Part shown: positions 1-14,000 of the stretch, piece after piece
Position numbering within the stretch: the first letter of the stretch is position 1
Layout: each line of letters begins with the position of its first letter
From: Mytilus californianus
Lineage: Eukaryota
Assembly: GCF_021869535.1 (NCBI RefSeq)
Contig: NW_026262668.1
Span: 91,574,001 to 91,638,000, forward strand
Reading direction: 5' to 3'
Length of the DNA stretch: 64,000 nucleotides
The notes under the pieces: model-generated
Told to the model about the DNA's origin: nothing
Databases searched by the model: none
Seen by the model: the letters and a program-made list of their open reading frames with translations, nothing else
Made by a program: the position numbers and the translations under genes

Positions 1-262
1 GTTAAGCCCTTTTGAACTTATTTTTATAGTTTGTTCTTTTGCTTTGCTGTTACACCACTGTCCCAGGTTAGGGGAGTATTGAATGTCCACAAACATGTTT
101 AACCCCACACATTCTGTTTGTGCCTGTCCCAGGTCAGGAGCCTTTCATACAGACCTTGTCATTTGTTGTGGTATATCATAATTGTTTTTCGTTTATTACA
201 TAAATTAGGCTGATATTTTTCTATTTTGGATTGTTTTACATTTGTTGTGTGGGGGACTTTTA
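1..262 (-). repeat. Abundant dispersed SINE-like repeat family with core agatgtggtatgattgccaatgagacaact; other copies about 1805-2040, 8940-8985, 18500-18595, 31122-31210, 36455-36525, 38720-38880, 57682-58918
   Basis: Same core and flanks recur in both orientations across the window; class not determined. Confidence 0.6.
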
Positions 263-269
263 TAGCTTC

Positions 270-600
270 TTATCCAAAATCTAAGTACATTGTTAGAATC
301 AGCATATCAAAGAACCCCAAGAATTCAATTTTTGATGAAATCAAACAAAAGTTTAATTTAGGACCCTTTGGACCTCAATGTGGACCAAGTTGATAAAGGA
401 GCCCAAAATCCAAAATCTCTAAATACATGGTTAGATTAAGCATTTCAAAAACCCCATAAACTCAATTTTTGTTGAAATCAAACAAAGTTTAATTTTGGAC
501 CCTGATTTGGACCAACTTGAAAACTGGGCCCAAAAATCCAATATTTAAATACAGGTTTAGATTCAGCATTTGAAAGAACCCTATATATATTTAATTTATG
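270..600 (-). repeat. About 130-bp tandem satellite units (reverse complement of the array at 60660-61270); further unit fragment at 811-870
   Basis: Repeated cagcatatcaaagaaccccaagaattcaatttttg...ggaccc units. Confidence 0.8.
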
Positions 601-1124
601 TTGAAATGAAACACAGTTTAATGTTATCCATATACGTATTAATTTTCTGTTCAAAGGGAAATAACTCAAACTGAATAAATGATAAACAAATAGTTCTCTA
701 AAATTAGATATGATTTAACCACTAAAAAATAGTTCTCTAAAATTAGATATGATGTTATATATTTTCAAATTATAATCAATAAAATTAGATATGAATTAAC
801 CCCTAAAATATTGTTGGAATCAGCATATCAAAGAACCCCAAGAATTCAATTTTTGATGAGATTAAACCAAAATCAGAAACCTAAATATATGTTTATTAAT
901 AGACAATATAAGCTTAGTTTTTAAAGGAGTTCATTTCATCAAAAAAAAAATATATATAGCATTCAGAAAATTAGTTTATACAGAATAACAAACAAACCTA
1001 CCACAAAATTCTTCAAACAATTTACCAAAGAAAAAAAAATCCAAAATGTCATTTATTATTAATACAATGTCTTTTAAAAATCTATAAATCTCATCTGTAA
1101 GTGTAATCAACCTTTATATATATA

Positions 1125-1401
1125 ATTAACCATTTCTGTTCAAAAGGAAATAACTCGATCACATAATAAGTACCACTTTTGACTATTGGAAAGGGATATA
1201 ACTCAACAACGAGAAAAGCTAAAATCCTGAAAATTGAACTTGACCTTTATTTAGTCACAGAAAATAACATATCTAAATTTGAAAAAATTTCGTCAAAGCA
1301 TTTTCATGTTAATGAAGGGACACTGTTTGGCAGCCGCCTGCCCGCCCGCCGTACATCCCCAAATCAATAACCGATTTTTCCTTAGAAAAATCTGGTTAAA
1401 A
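1125..1401 (-). mobile_element. HINE/Helentron-like non-autonomous element fragment
   Basis: Terminal hairpin taaccgatttttccttagaaaaatctggtta next to a (ccgc)n microsatellite; related end at about 2040-2085. Confidence 0.5.
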
Positions 1402-4400
1402 TATAACAGACAGATACTTTGCTCTAGAAACAGGAATGATATTGATAAAGTAATAATATCCATTTCAATTTCATTGCTCCAGTTACTGAAATGCATTCCA
1501 GGATAAAAAGACACCATAACCCTACAAGATATAACTTCATTTAAGGGGTGTTACTGCCTCCAACATAAATAAGTTCATTAGTTTACTTTTATCTGCATTT
1601 TACACTTAATTTACTAACATTTTTACATTGATCAGTTCTTATAGCTATATAACAGTTCCAATAAAATGATGGACATTAAGCAAGCAACAACCATTGAATA
1701 TAATAACTTTGACCTACATTTCATGCTTAAGTGACTTTGGTCAAGTTTACATCTGAGTTCTGTTGTCAGAACATACATTTTTATAAATTGATGTTAGCAT
1801 GCAAAAAAAGTCCATGTCTGTCATATTTGTTATCGTTAATTGTATTGTTATAAATTAGGTCGCTAGTTTACTCATTTTAATTGATATTGTTTCACATTTT
1901 TATTGTCAGGACCTTATATAGCTGACTATATGGTACAGGATTTTCTCATTGTTGAAGGTTGTACAGTGACCCAATTGCTTACTTCCACGTCATCTGAACT
2001 CGGGTACCTGTAGATATTGGCAATCATACCACATATCCGTTTTTTTAACTGGATTTTCGAAGGAAAAATCGGTTATTGATTTATTATATAAAATGTATTT
2101 TAAATTCTCATGGTCTGAAGGTCAATCTACTGATTTAATGTTTATGTAATGATATTTTACATGAAATACAATGAAATTTTTTTTGCAATTTATGTTACTT
2201 TTCCCCGTCTGGACCTGTTCTTTTAGTATCCTATCAAAACTAGAGTTTTCTAGTGATATTCTTAAATGGTCAATGTCAACTGTATATTATGATCCACAAC
2301 ATTGTCTTTAAATTCAAAAAGATTCTGTCATATCATTAAGTATTATCAAGAAATATAACCAAAACTGTTTCAAAAAATTAAGGGGCAAAACTCTTGGACA
2401 GTCAATGTCAAATCTGTGGAAATCACACTTCACCTTTTGTTTATGGTCCATGGCCTTATGTTAAAATTTAAAGAGATTTTGTCAAATAGAACATATGTAT
2501 CCTATTTTCATGACATTATGTAAAATCTAAAATATTTTGTCAAGTGGTATTCTCCTCCTCCCAAACATCTTCGCTAGCCAAGGGTTGCGTTCCAGTCCCT
2601 TCCTCTCCACCCTTGGCAGATTAAGATAGAATTTCGGATCCACGAGGAAATGATTTTCATTGGTCGCAGATGCCTTCCTAAAAAAATAAAATTTTAGGAT
2701 AAATAAGGGACATAAGTCTCATACCTGAAATGGCAAAAATTGTCAAAATGGAAATTATTTTGTATTTTATGGTCAAAGACATTGTGTACATTTTCAAAAT
2801 TTGGTCATGGTACTTTATTTATCATCTTGAAACCAAAAGTCTGACTGACAGACAGTGGAATGGATGTACAAAAACATTTTAATGGTTCTCAGATATTGAG
2901 TTTAAATTTGTCTTTTTTACTCATTAAGAAAAAGAATTTGGAACACATGTGAAATGTTTAATCTTGACATGTGTTTAGAAGTTCTTAGCATTGTTTTGAA
3001 ATATCATTGGTTTTGTTAAATCGTACTGCATTGAGTAGTATTTAGTAATAAACAGTAAAGAAACTGGATGTCTTCTATAATGTTTGCTGTTTAAGTGTTA
3101 AATTGTATTTGTTGCTTTCTTTCCATTTGTGAATAAGTTATGGTCTTTTTAATAGAAAAACAAAGGATATGGGGTATCCATTCATGACACAAAATCAGTA
3201 CATGCACAGCAAAAAAAAAACACATAATAAGCAAAGGAACAGCGCCTTTTTTTGCTGTTCTTCATCTTAAAGTCACAGTGAGGCCTTCAACACAGAGCAA
3301 AAAAAAAAAAAAAATACTCTCACCTCACCTCACTGCAAGTTTTTGTCAGTATGAATGATTTCACACTTCAGTGGCATTGTGCATATAAATATGCCTTTGT
3401 TATTCAATCAAGAAAATATCACAACTATAACAAAAGCATTATTTATCAAGAAAATATCATAATTATAACAAAGGCACTATTTAATCAATCTACATAAATT
3501 TATAACTTTACATAAATCATATACTGATACATATATTTATCAACAGTATATTTTCCCCAACTGACACCCTGTAAGTATAATGTAAAACTCCCATACATAT
3601 ATATATATATCACTCCCACTTATCAAATTCACCACATTCACATATACCTTAACATCCCCAAACAAATTTATATGAATATTGTCTCTTCAACAGCTATTAA
3701 AATCTTCAAGGAATGCATGATTTGGAATTTGTTACAAAGAATATAGAACACACATACCAACAAAACTCATATCATACATATATAATCGAGAATAAAACTA
3801 AAACATCAATCTTTAATTATAAACAGTTTCTAATACAATCATCAAGTTTTGAAGTACCAGTAACATAAAAATTGTACAAGAGTCAGATAAATTAATCAAT
3901 AAATGAATGACTTTTCAAGGAGAAATTTAAAGGTCAAATTGAATAAACACCACAGAGAACAATAGTTATTGTATATTTAAACAATGGGATAGGTGAACTT
4001 GCAAAAAATAAAATAGCTGGACAAAGAGGAACTCAATCTGGGGAAAGGTTTCATTTCTTTTGGCAATACATTTTTTTTAATAAAAAAAAAATCAAAGAAA
4101 AATGCATTTGATTAAGACTGAAAAAGTGAAAATTGTTGGGTTGACCACAATTTGGCCTGTAAAATATTATTTAAAACTATTAACTAAGTGCAACATCAAA
4201 TATGTTTACAAATACAGACTGATAGAGGATTTCTAGGAAGAGACTGCTATGAAAATCTTAAAAAAAATAAATGCCATGCATCAATCAGATAGAAGTACAT
4301 TAAAGGAATGAATATTTAGACTTTATAAGTATATTATATATACAAACAAAAATATGAAAATTAATTTTCAAATAACAAAGAGCATCATTTTTTATTTCAA

Positions 4401-4590
4401 ACACAAAAAAAATGGATAAAAAAGGGAAGGTAATTTTTTTTAATTGTAAAATATGGTAACAACCATGAATGCCCAAAGTATAAAATATTATACCATACTG
4501 TAAATAAATTTGTTAATAATTTGATTTTGATTCTAAATATTAATGTTTCTGTTTTTCTATAGTATTTAAGGTATTTGACATACTGTTACC

Positions 4591-4596
4591 TTTATT
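4591..4596 (-). terminator. Candidate polyadenylation signal AATAAA of the beta-galactosidase
   Basis: tttatt on + strand about 146 nt beyond the stop; hexamer is common in AT-rich DNA. Confidence 0.3.
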
Positions 4597-4741
4597 ACAC
4601 AGAATTTTACCAACTTCCCATAAATAAGAGCTATTATAACATATTATACATAAATAAGAGTGCACAAAAAATATTAGTTGCCTTCTAACACTATCTCATC
4701 TGAATGTAAAAAATAATATATATCACATAATGAAGAATGAC

Positions 4742-5023
4742 TTAATGAAATGAATGCCAGTTGTAATTATAACCTATTTCTTGAGACATCAGTTTATGAT
4801 AAGGTCCATGTGCTGTAGCATTGATTAAGGGTTCATCTTTAAACTCTACAGTACATCCAGCCTGTGTTTTACATGGTGCCATTTCAAGTTCAAACATTAT
4901 TACATTGTTTACAGTATTTGGAGCCAGGTAAGGCTTTGGTACAAACAGTCTTATTTGAGGTCCAGCAATAGGCCAATATCTTCCTATGTTATAGGCCATG
5001 TTACTTGTAATGATTGTCTGACC
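4742..5023 (-). CDS. GLB1: GLB1-like last coding exon (GQ...[18 protein letters not shown]...HSFH*)
   Basis: ctttcag|GGT, TAA stop at 4742-4744, 282 nt. Confidence 0.95.
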   Translation of the reverse strand, partial: GQTIITSNMAYNIGRYWPIAGPQIRLFVPKPYLAPNTVNNVIMFELEMAPCKTQAGCTVEFKDEPLINATAHGPYHKLMSQEIGYNYNWHSFH

Positions 5024-8000
5024 CTGAAAGTAAAAAACAAAAACATGAATCATATACTAGTAGGTTTATAATATACTGATTTAGCTTATCTGGAATTAAA
5101 GTAAATTGAACACAAAATTAAATTATTTTATGTGAAGTACAAAACCCTTGGTTTTCATCTTTCTAAAGCAGATAGTTTGGATAAGTTGAATCAAAAATTG
5201 TGCCATACTCATCAAAGTAAAGTCAATTTTAGATCAAACCAGTCACACTTACTGACCGATTGTTGCTTTCCCAATAAAGAAATTAATTTAATGAGAACTG
5301 ACTACATTATGTTATCAGCATCCTAACAATAAAATAAAGTCATCAGAAATTAACTTATTGATTATCTATCAATAGCCATTGTGGACTAAGTAGATATCCT
5401 AGGGCTTGGTTATTACTGGTCCTTTTATCAAGTGGTTACCTTTTATCAGCAAGTTGATTATAGATGTAAAGACAAGTATTAAGGAACTCTGCAACTGTAA
5501 GGAATAACCCAAGAGTATAATTGTGTTCAATTATTACCATTAACCAGAGCATAGAATCTTCATATGTATCTTCTGAATTGTTAGGAGTTATACCTGGTGT
5601 GTAAATTAATTACCTTTGACCAGGTAGTGGGATCTAGATAAGTATCTTGAGGGTCTGTAAGGGCTGGCATCTGTCCTACATAAATAGAGGGTGTCATAAA
5701 TCTACCATCCTTACTGTAATAAGGTGTTCCAGTACTGAAAAATATTAAATTAAGTATTAATTCATCTAAGTTCCACTTGTTTATACAAACAAGAATAAAC
5801 AGCTGCGCCATGAGCGCATGATACACCCGTCGTCTTGTATGTGAGGTTTTATGCAATAATCATTTATTTGTTTCTGAGATACGGCGCGACATGTGAAAAC
5901 CCCCCTTTTTTTATAACAAAAACAATAACTCTAAAATAAAATTTTGAATCATCACCAAAAAGTATACAGATCTTAAGATAAATATATATATAAGAAGTGT
6001 GTAAAGTTTTAAGCAATTATAATAAATCGTTTTTGAGATAGGGCGTGACATGTGAAACCCCCCCCCCCCCCCCCCCCCCCCCCTTTTTTTCTAAAGATTC
6101 TTCATTACAAAGCAGTAACTGCAGTCACTGATCTGGAAGAAGTTGCAGATACAAATGACTAAGAAATAAACAAATGGCTGATGAATGGACAAAGGAACAA
6201 ACAAGCACAACAACCACTACTTACCTCCCTTCAATAAGCAGTGGTATAATAATTATTAGTTTATCTTTCTTTTCAAAATTGTGCTTAAAACTGTTCCAAA
6301 TGAGCAAATGAGCAAAACAAAGCTTTCAACAATATTTTAAAAGCCTTTCCTATTAAAACTAACAGCAATATACTCATGGTTTCATATAAAAAGGTAAAAA
6401 TTCAACTTTTTTCCTAATGCATAATATGTTTAAATAATCCAATTGCCCCAAAGTTGGTCATCAGGTGCAAAAAGTGTCAATTTAGACGATTTTTCACCCT
6501 ATTTCTTGACCAGGAAGACCAAGGGATACTGATAGATGTATCACACTGTAGTCTGCATGTAGAGCGGACCCTAGTGAACACATTTATCACAACAAAGCTT
6601 AGGTCAGAGTCAAACTGATCTGGTTACAGCAGTCTAAAAGAAGGTCATTTGCTCCAAAAATCCGGAATTTCTCGATTATTCCTAATTTTTGGCTTCAACT
6701 GGACCTGCAACCGGAAGGTTCACTAAGTGGATTTCAATAATAAACACGATCAGTAGTTATATTCCAGCGGGTTTACACTATATTTGAAAGTTTTGGGCCT
6801 CTGAACTGCGTGTGTCAGATATCGAAGGGAAGCCTAACCCTCCAGAAAAACCAGTTTTATCCGATTTCAATTTTACAAGTTTGTATTTGAGCTCAAAATG
6901 CACCTTAAACACGAGAAACATGACAATAAATAGCCTCAGGTTGTGGGAACATGCATCAACTTCGAAATTAATGTCATAAAGTTGACCTCTAAAGTATGGA
7001 GAGCCATTGGAGCCAAATAACGGTAGTTTGGGTAAGACCGTCATATTAAGGTCACCGCATGGTAAGGGTTAATCAGTGAAAAATAGCATATAACTTCAAT
7101 ACTGATCAAAAGGAGATATATCTTTCATTAGTTGAACATGCTTAACACTACATGCACTTAATTAGAACTTGAATCAAAGAAATAATTTCAAGGTAGAAAA
7201 ATACTGAAACATAGCTGGTCATCCAACACATTCTCTGTCAGAAGACAAATTGATTGAATATCTTTCTTATCCTCTGTTTTTAATATGGAAACAAGACAGA
7301 ATTAATAGCAGTGGAAGTGATTGAAATAATATACTTTAAACGAGGACAACAAAGGTTAACTCCAACAATATTAAGTCTTGATTGTCTTATGGTCTGACTG
7401 TACTGTTTTATACCACTTTATATCTGTAGCAATGGAAGGTTAAAATCAATTTCTAGAATTTGGAAATCTATCAGCTTACATCAAAGTATATTGTCCCCAT
7501 CTTTCTCATCAATATAAAATTACCGGAGATATTTTCATGAAATGTAATGATGTCTAGCTTTTATTTTGCATTTATTCAGCTTAAATATATATATTCATTA
7601 TGTACCTTTTAACTGTATCTGTACTGGGTACATATAACTCTGGAGACACAGGATACATTTCCCAGTCTGTTAATATTGTGGTTCCTATGGTAACATTATG
7701 TATGATTCCCTGTAGAAATAACAAAAAACAAAGAGGTTTATATCATATGCTTTTTTGGTAAGGAACTTTTTATAAAATAATGACATGCAAAATCATTTTT
7801 TACAGAATGTAGCATTCAACAGAAAATTAGAAATCCATGCATATTTCCTTTTCAAGTTTTGTTCAACATGTTTTTAATTAAGACCAAATCGGGATAAGTA
7901 AAATATATATATTTATTTATTTATTTAGTTTTATTGAGTTTAACAGATTGATTGTTAACATCAATTTATGTCCATTTTCAAAACATAACAACAACAATAA

Positions 8001-11000
8001 TTTATGCACACAAACATATCTGAATTCACAGTACTTATGTATAGGTAGACTCAACTTGGTTTTGTAGATATATTACTGAAAAGACCATTTTTTATATTTT
8101 TTTGACTCAATTTATAATATTGTACTAACAATACGCATTTGAAAAGCCCTTATATATGAATAAAGAGCTGTGCCATGAGTGCATGATACGCCTGTTGCTT
8201 TTTCAACGAATAAAGTTTCATAACTCCGCAATGTCATATCAGAAATTTATAAAAAAACTAAAGGGAGGTTATTTTAATAGGTATAAACCAGTCACCAAAG
8301 TTTCATGAAAACTGCTCAAAACACTTTTGAGTTATTGTCAGAAAACTGGAAAATCTCCCCTTTTTCATGAATAAAATTCCATAACTCGAAAACGTAAAAT
8401 TTTAAATTGATAAATATCAAAAGGGAGCTTAAGTCAATAGATGTAAACAATTCATCAAAGTTTCATGAAAACTGCTCAAAGCATTTTTGCGTTATTGTCA
8501 GAAAACTGGGAAATCCCCCTTTTTTAATGAATAAAACCCTGTAACTCGGAAACGTATCATAGAACATTTATAAAAATCGAAAGGGAGCTTAAATTAATAT
8601 ATATAAACAATTCACCAAAGTTTTATGCAAATTGGTTAAAGTGTTTTTGAGTTATTGTCGGACATGTTGACGGCAGACGGACCACAGTATACCATAATAC
8701 GTCCTGTAAACGGGCGTATAAAAACTAATTCAAAAAGATAAAAAGATTTTTGTTCTATCTCAGATGAAAGTTGCAAACCCATATTTGATATCTGGATTAT
8801 TGAATTTCTAGGTTGACCTTTATAAATAGCAGCCATATCTAGTCTGGCAAATATGACATTTTTGGAAATGGTGACCTTAATTTTTGTTACTGATCTCTGA
8901 TAAAAAGTATGTTTAATTTTATAAATTGTAACTTGGATGGAGAGTTGTCTCATTGGCACTCATACCACATCTTCCTATATCTATATAACATAAACAGTAC
9001 CAAACCCTTGGTTCTCCAACAAAATGGAACTAATAATTTCTAGAGAAAAAAAGGCATATCATAGAAGTGTTGCTGATTTCTAGTCTGAATTTTATGTGCA
9101 GTTACTTATCCAACAACTAAATATATTTTCAATTTCAAGAGATACAAATATACCTTAGTATTGTTATTAATGCCAGCTCCAAAATTTATATGTCCCTGGT
9201 TCTCCACCAATATATCCAAGGTTTGACCTTTCTTTGCTGTGATACTTAAAGATAGATTGTGTATTCTTTCCCTAATCACCAGACCAACAGGAACCTAAAA
9301 AAAAAAAACATTATTTGCTAACACCAAATCATTTTCCAAAATTGGTTATTGAATAAAATATCAACAAAAAATATTAATAACAGCAAACATTTGACAGAAA
9401 AACACTATGCATATTCATATTATTATAGTCATCATTTACTGAGTTTTTCAAGTCATCACTGGTAAAACACTGCATGAATAAATTTCAGGGTCTCTTTTCA
9501 AATTCTGTTGTTTGACTGATACGCCTTTTTCATACATTCTTGTGTATAATATTATGTTCAAGGGACCGAAAACGGTCATATTTGCCAGTCATGTCCTAAG
9601 ATGAAAGCTATATGTCCTAAACAAGTAATTGGGATTTAGGACAAATTTTATTTTTTAACAGAAATAATTTCTGTCATTTCATTGACTTAATGTTTGAAAT
9701 CGGGTTTCTTAATCGCCATTTTCCACTTGTGATCACTTGTTTTTGTTTATAATCCCTTTCCTGTAATAAAACTGCCACTCCAGTAGTTTGATAATCCTGA
9801 GAGCCCTCCTAATATCTATATCAATGCCTCCGGGAAACATTGGCTAATGATCGCTAATCACTTTTTACCTGTGGTTTTAATTCACAACTGACAATTGGTC
9901 ACATTGATCACAAGCTCAGAATAATATCTTTAAGAAATTAAAATTCCCTTACAAGTGTATTCATTATTTAATTACTTACAGAAAAGACAATCATCAATTC
10001 TGATTTAAAAATAAACCTTACTTTAATTGACGTAGAAAAAAAGTATTTTTTCATGAGTAACACATGTGCTTTATTCACTATGTAATACGCATGCGTGAAA
10101 TTGTCTTCAGCAAATTAAATATTTAATCGTAAAATGCAAATTGATTTCATGCTAAAATAAACGAGTGCAACTATAATCTGTTATATTCAAACACTTTTAA
10201 AGGTAATAAAATAAAAAGAAGCCGGTGATTTCCTGTCAATTTCATAAACAAAACGAATCCCGGAAATGAATCCGGAATTATTCGTACTTTAATATTATCG
10301 CAAAACTTTCGGTTTTAATTTTGTCAAATCGAAAGAAACGTAAGCAATGTCTGAGAAATTAACCATTTTGAGTCATTAAAATCATTTCAAATTTTAAACT
10401 GTTGCCTTCCCTAAACTGTTCTTGAAGGTTTTAAGAAAAATGGTAAGAAATCTACTTAGTAAATGCGATGAAACATCAATACAAGTTCGTTGATGCTATG
10501 AATCTAGTTTGACATCAACAATTTGAATGGGGCATCAACTTTTCAATCATCTCAAAATGACTGAAATTGTGTGAAAAAATTTCCGGATCCTTGATTATGT
10601 TTATTATGTTTATTTGATTTTGAATATTGTACAAAAATGTGACAATCTCTTTTAAAAAAAGACAATGAATGAGCTATTTTTCAATAACATCTAATAAAAT
10701 AATGCAATCATACCTGGTCTATCATAACATATCCTCTGTCTCTGATACCAACCACTGACAGATTCTGGGCTGTGGGGTAATCTTGTTTGAATATGTGTCT
10801 ATATAAGGCATAACCTTGATACTGAAAAGACAGTGAGTTATATTATACTGAGTGAAATATCCCAGCTAATCCTGCAATTTTATCCTTCAACATATAATAT
10901 CTCAATTTACAATGCTGATCATTTTTGTCTTAAGGTAATCTTGATTTTAACTAAAAATGTACAGTTAATGGTTGTAAGTTTTTTTGTATTTTTTTTTTTT

Positions 11001-14000
11001 AAATTCTGTTTAATGAACAGGCAAAGTCATATATGTGTATGTTCCTCACACACCACACATCAAATTTGAAAAAATGTGAACATTCGAATACAAATCATAA
11101 TTTCAACCTGTCAGTTGCTCCACACTTTATGAACATGGATTTAGAATACATGTACTACTTTAATAGCAATACAGGAGAGTGACTATTTTTTTTTATATTC
11201 CTTATACACTGGTTTTCTGGACAATGTTACAGTGCCATCCTTAGTTTTTTATTCATACCTGACCAAATGCTTGCATATAAACAGGATAGGTTGCAGTCAC
11301 TGGTTTCTGGCTTGGTTTTCTCAATTTATCCAGTAAATCCTGAACTGTTCCTGCCTGTTCAAAACGAAATCATTAAATCTTCTCAATGTTAAAATGATTA
11401 AAAACTTCAGATTTGCTTTATTTAAATATAAAATCAAGAACTGTCCATTTAGGGATTAGATATAGGTCAAAGGTAACCAAAAAAATGCTCTTGACTTGGT
11501 AATTGTCAATATTCACATGCTGTTTAAGTTTAATATAACCTCAAAGATTGAGTAAAGAAGCTACAGGATACAGGTACTAAAGTATGATTGATAAATATAA
11601 ACATAGCAAAAGCAGGAAACCATAGGGATGTTACATTGCATCAGTTTATTTGTATAAAATAAAATGCCTGATTTATATAGGATTAATTTCTATTATATAG
11701 AACATATAAAAAGCAAGAAAACAACTGAAGAAAATAAAAGATGAAGTACTAATGTAGCTACCATTTTGGATTCAAATCTTTTTAACATAGAATGCACATT
11801 GTACAAGTATATAAACACCAATCATATCTTACTTACAAACTTCATTTCAATTTTCCCATAAGCCATCTTTGGGGTATTAGCTGGAATAGGCATGGGTGGT
11901 GTTTTCACATACTGTGGAAATATAATCATACAAAATTTGAATGTTATGGTAAAAATTAGAATTAACAAATAATAAACTACAATATGTAACCTCTAAATCT
12001 GGAGAGTTATATAGAGCAGATATAGAATATTTGTAAACAGAAGCTGCTTGACAGTTGTCTTACAACCATAAATGAAACTAAGACTGCTATCAATAATACA
12101 TTTCAATTACCAATTAAACCCTGTTAAATGTCAATGCACCTGTCCAATGTCAGAAATTTCATCTGTAGTTGTTCTTGTTGCTTTATATTATATTTTTAAT
12201 GTTTTGGTTGATATAGTGGAGTGTTCTGTTTGTTAGTTTTCATGAACTTGTAGTTTTTAAAAATGCATTTTGGAGTTTTTTTTTTTTTATTACATTTTTT
12301 AAGTCTTTGAGAATTTGGTGTTGGTGTCAGATATTTGGTTATTTCTGTTGAATTTATGGAAGATTTAGTACTTACCATACCATGTCAGTGCTTGTCAAAT
12401 GTCGAAGGCTGAATGAATAGCATTAATTGTTTATCTAGCTTACTAGTATTTTTTTTCTCTCATTGCATTTACTCTACATCTCTCATATTCATTTTATTTT
12501 TCAGTTTTGTCTGTCAACTTTCTCACCTCAGTTTATCCCATATCTTTTTTATCCCTAGTCAGAATAATGTGTTTGAGTAAGATGACATGTCTTCCTGCGG
12601 ACTGTTACCTTGTGAACTAGTGTTAAAAATCTAACTTTGAATATTGGTCTAGTACAAAGCAAACTAACATGTTCTCGTTCTGAATATCCATTTAAATATA
12701 AAAGATGAACAGTCCTCATTAAAGTATTTCCTATCCCTGATCCTACCTTTGAAATGACTTGTCTGAGTGCCAAATATTTATCAGTTACATCCCCTGCTTC
12801 CGTCAATGGACCATCATAGTCATAACTTGTAGGTACTGGCAAGAATGCTGGGTAATTTGCTCCTACAATGTTAAAGTTAACATCCTTTCATAAAATATAC
12901 AGTTCACGTCAAGTACTTTTTGTATACCAAGTTAATCTGATGAATAATTTTCCTATATTGATGCTTTAACATGGACACTGTAGCTAAAAAGAATCAACTA
13001 CCATTTAAAAAAATTAACACATGTTAAATAGATGTACTATTCCTCAAATTGGAATATCAAAATTCAATTTTTTGTATAACTTTATTCACAGTATTAAATC
13101 AAATGATCTTAAAAGTATACCCCGGTTATTTTAACCAAACTTCAACTTAAGCAAGATTACATTTGTAGCTTGGTACATTTTCTTACCTTCCTTCTGGCAT
13201 ATTTTAAATTAAACTCAGTAAGAAAATTCCACATTTTTGAAGCACTTAATTGAAAGTGTCCCCATGCAAAAATCTCCACATTAAAAACTAAACAGGAATT
13301 TAACATGATATGAAATGTTTTTTCTCCTATAGATTTATGATATGAAATGTTTTTTCTCCTATAGATTTATCTTTGCAAGTTATCGAAGTCCAAGAATATC
13401 ACATTAAATTGGTTTAAATGCATGCAACATATCAAAAGTACAAATAAATCATACTTATATAGTCTGCCCCTGTGTCAAATTTGAAGCACAAAAATACATT
13501 AATGTTATTTTTTCATTGTAGATTTTGAATCAAATTAAAGATGGAATGAATGAATCTGACTAACATAAAAGTTAATAAATAGAGATCTTGCCAAAAATAT
13601 TTCATTTAGAAAGTCTATATAATTGTCCGCCATCATTTATTATTCTTTGATTAATACATTCAAAGTATTTGTGTTATTCATTTTTTTTTTAAGACATAAG
13701 TTAGCAATAAAAATGTTCAACGTATAAAACTGATTTTGCTTGCTTGTGTTGACTTACCATTCCAGTAGCCAAAGTTGGTGCCACCTTCAAACATATACCT
13801 TTAAAAACATAAGAAACAGTTGATTAATACAATTTCAAAAGCATTTATATTGTAATTCTTAAAAACTATTTCATTTAAATCCTAGATTTCAAAATCTTGG
13901 TTCTCTCTGGGCACTCCAGTTTCTTCCACCAATAAAAACTGGCCGCCATGAAATAGCCAATAATGCTGAAAATGGCATTAAGGTAGATGGGGGGTCTAAA

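Noticed and set aside
1-4700. Search for a duplicated last exon or second beta-galactosidase downstream
   Set aside because: No GRYW-like or other GH35 motif found by eye; only repeats and AT-rich sequence.
6058-6083. Long C/G homopolymers (6058-6083, 15805-15832, about 60250-60266) as G-quadruplex sites
   Set aside because: All lie inside repeats, and homopolymer length is unreliable in assemblies; no independent support.
6430-7072. Possible piggyBac MITE ending ...ggtaaggg|ttaa; ORF 6778-7044
   Set aside because: No matching left ttaaccc terminus found and the ORF has no recognisable motif; one-ended fragment at best.
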